From the NCBI GenBank assembly GCA_002633005.1, contig NMRA01001025.1:4893-68892 (forward strand): a stretch of 64,000 nucleotides of DNA, given 5' to 3'. The position numbers were made by a program, and so were the translations under genes. Origin of the DNA: Phoronis australis (lineage: Eukaryota > Animalia > Phoronida). The notes beneath the pieces were generated by a model. It saw only the letters and a list, made by a program, of their open reading frames with translations. It did not search any database and had not been told where the DNA came from. How positions within the stretch are numbered: the first letter of the stretch is position 1; each line of letters begins with the position of its first letter. This document shows positions 63,302 through 64,000 of this stretch, piece by piece.

Positions 63302-64000
63302 ATTTATCCCATACGCTTCGAATTCCTGAGTTTCTTTCATTTTTTCCGTAGATTTTTTTTTAATATTTCACTCAGACTGTTCACGACGCGGATCACATCC
63401 TATATGTATGTACTTGAGCGTTAGGTTGCAAGTTTTCTCTAGTAAAAGAAACAGTTTTAAATGTAACAATTTATTATTTGAAAAAAGATAACAGAGAGGA
63501 AAACAACGTCAACTTTGCACTGAACTTGTAACATCTCCTGAAAATAGCTAAATAACAACAATATTTGATATTGTTGTTAACGAGGAATCGGCGCCTGAGT
63601 TGCAGACGATATAATATTTAGCAAATGAAATCCGAGACAGAACAGTCATATAATTAACAGTCCTATTCCAGATGTTAAGATTGAGACCTGGTTGCATGTT
63701 GAGTGTTATTTACACTGCTGCGATTGTATCACTTTAAACTATTTTCGAAAAGTTTGATGATGTAACCAGCTAATGACGTCGAGTCGACATTGCCCTACCT
63801 TTTGAACTTTCCATGTCAGTGGTCACTGTTAAGGTAGTGCGGGAGGTGAATACGGAAAAAATATTACATGGCCGTATTTCCCTCCACAAATTCAACACGT
63901 ATGGGATAAATATATTTATTGAAGGATACACAGAACATACAATAATTCCTGGTATCTTTGCACTCAACATTGATAAAATGACAACGAATCCTAATCAACG

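Noticed and set aside
61541-63970. Several minus-strand exon-like stretches near the window end
   Set aside because: No consistent open frame or recognisable motif could be assembled.

Overview
Repeat-rich, intron-containing eukaryotic DNA, most likely from an invertebrate animal, with three N gaps. Two host genes can be reconstructed by hand from GT-AG junctions with matching phases. (1) A complete 8-exon squalene-monooxygenase (SQLE/ERG1)-like gene on + (21896-41298, 490 aa). It keeps the FAD-binding motifs but has changed several residues that are normally conserved at the active site. (2) A 2-exon ecdysteroid-kinase-like (EcKL/DUF227) gene on - (57059-52395, 440 aa), convergent with the first. 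The start of the window holds the intact last exon of a second SQLE-like paralog (923-1106). It lies in a block (about 70-2865 plus 8190-9470) that is duplicated at about 39730-45570, so the locus is a tandem SQLE-like array. The rest is transposon debris: a TTAA-flanked Kolobok-like THAP element with a nested LINE, a THAP ORF split by an insertion, three Penelope-like fragments, PIF/Harbinger-like and hAT-like MITEs, fold-back elements, and a hairpin family carrying a tRNA-like Pol III cassette. All homology calls come from motif recognition, not database searches. Repeat boundaries are approximate unless a TSD or TIR is quoted.
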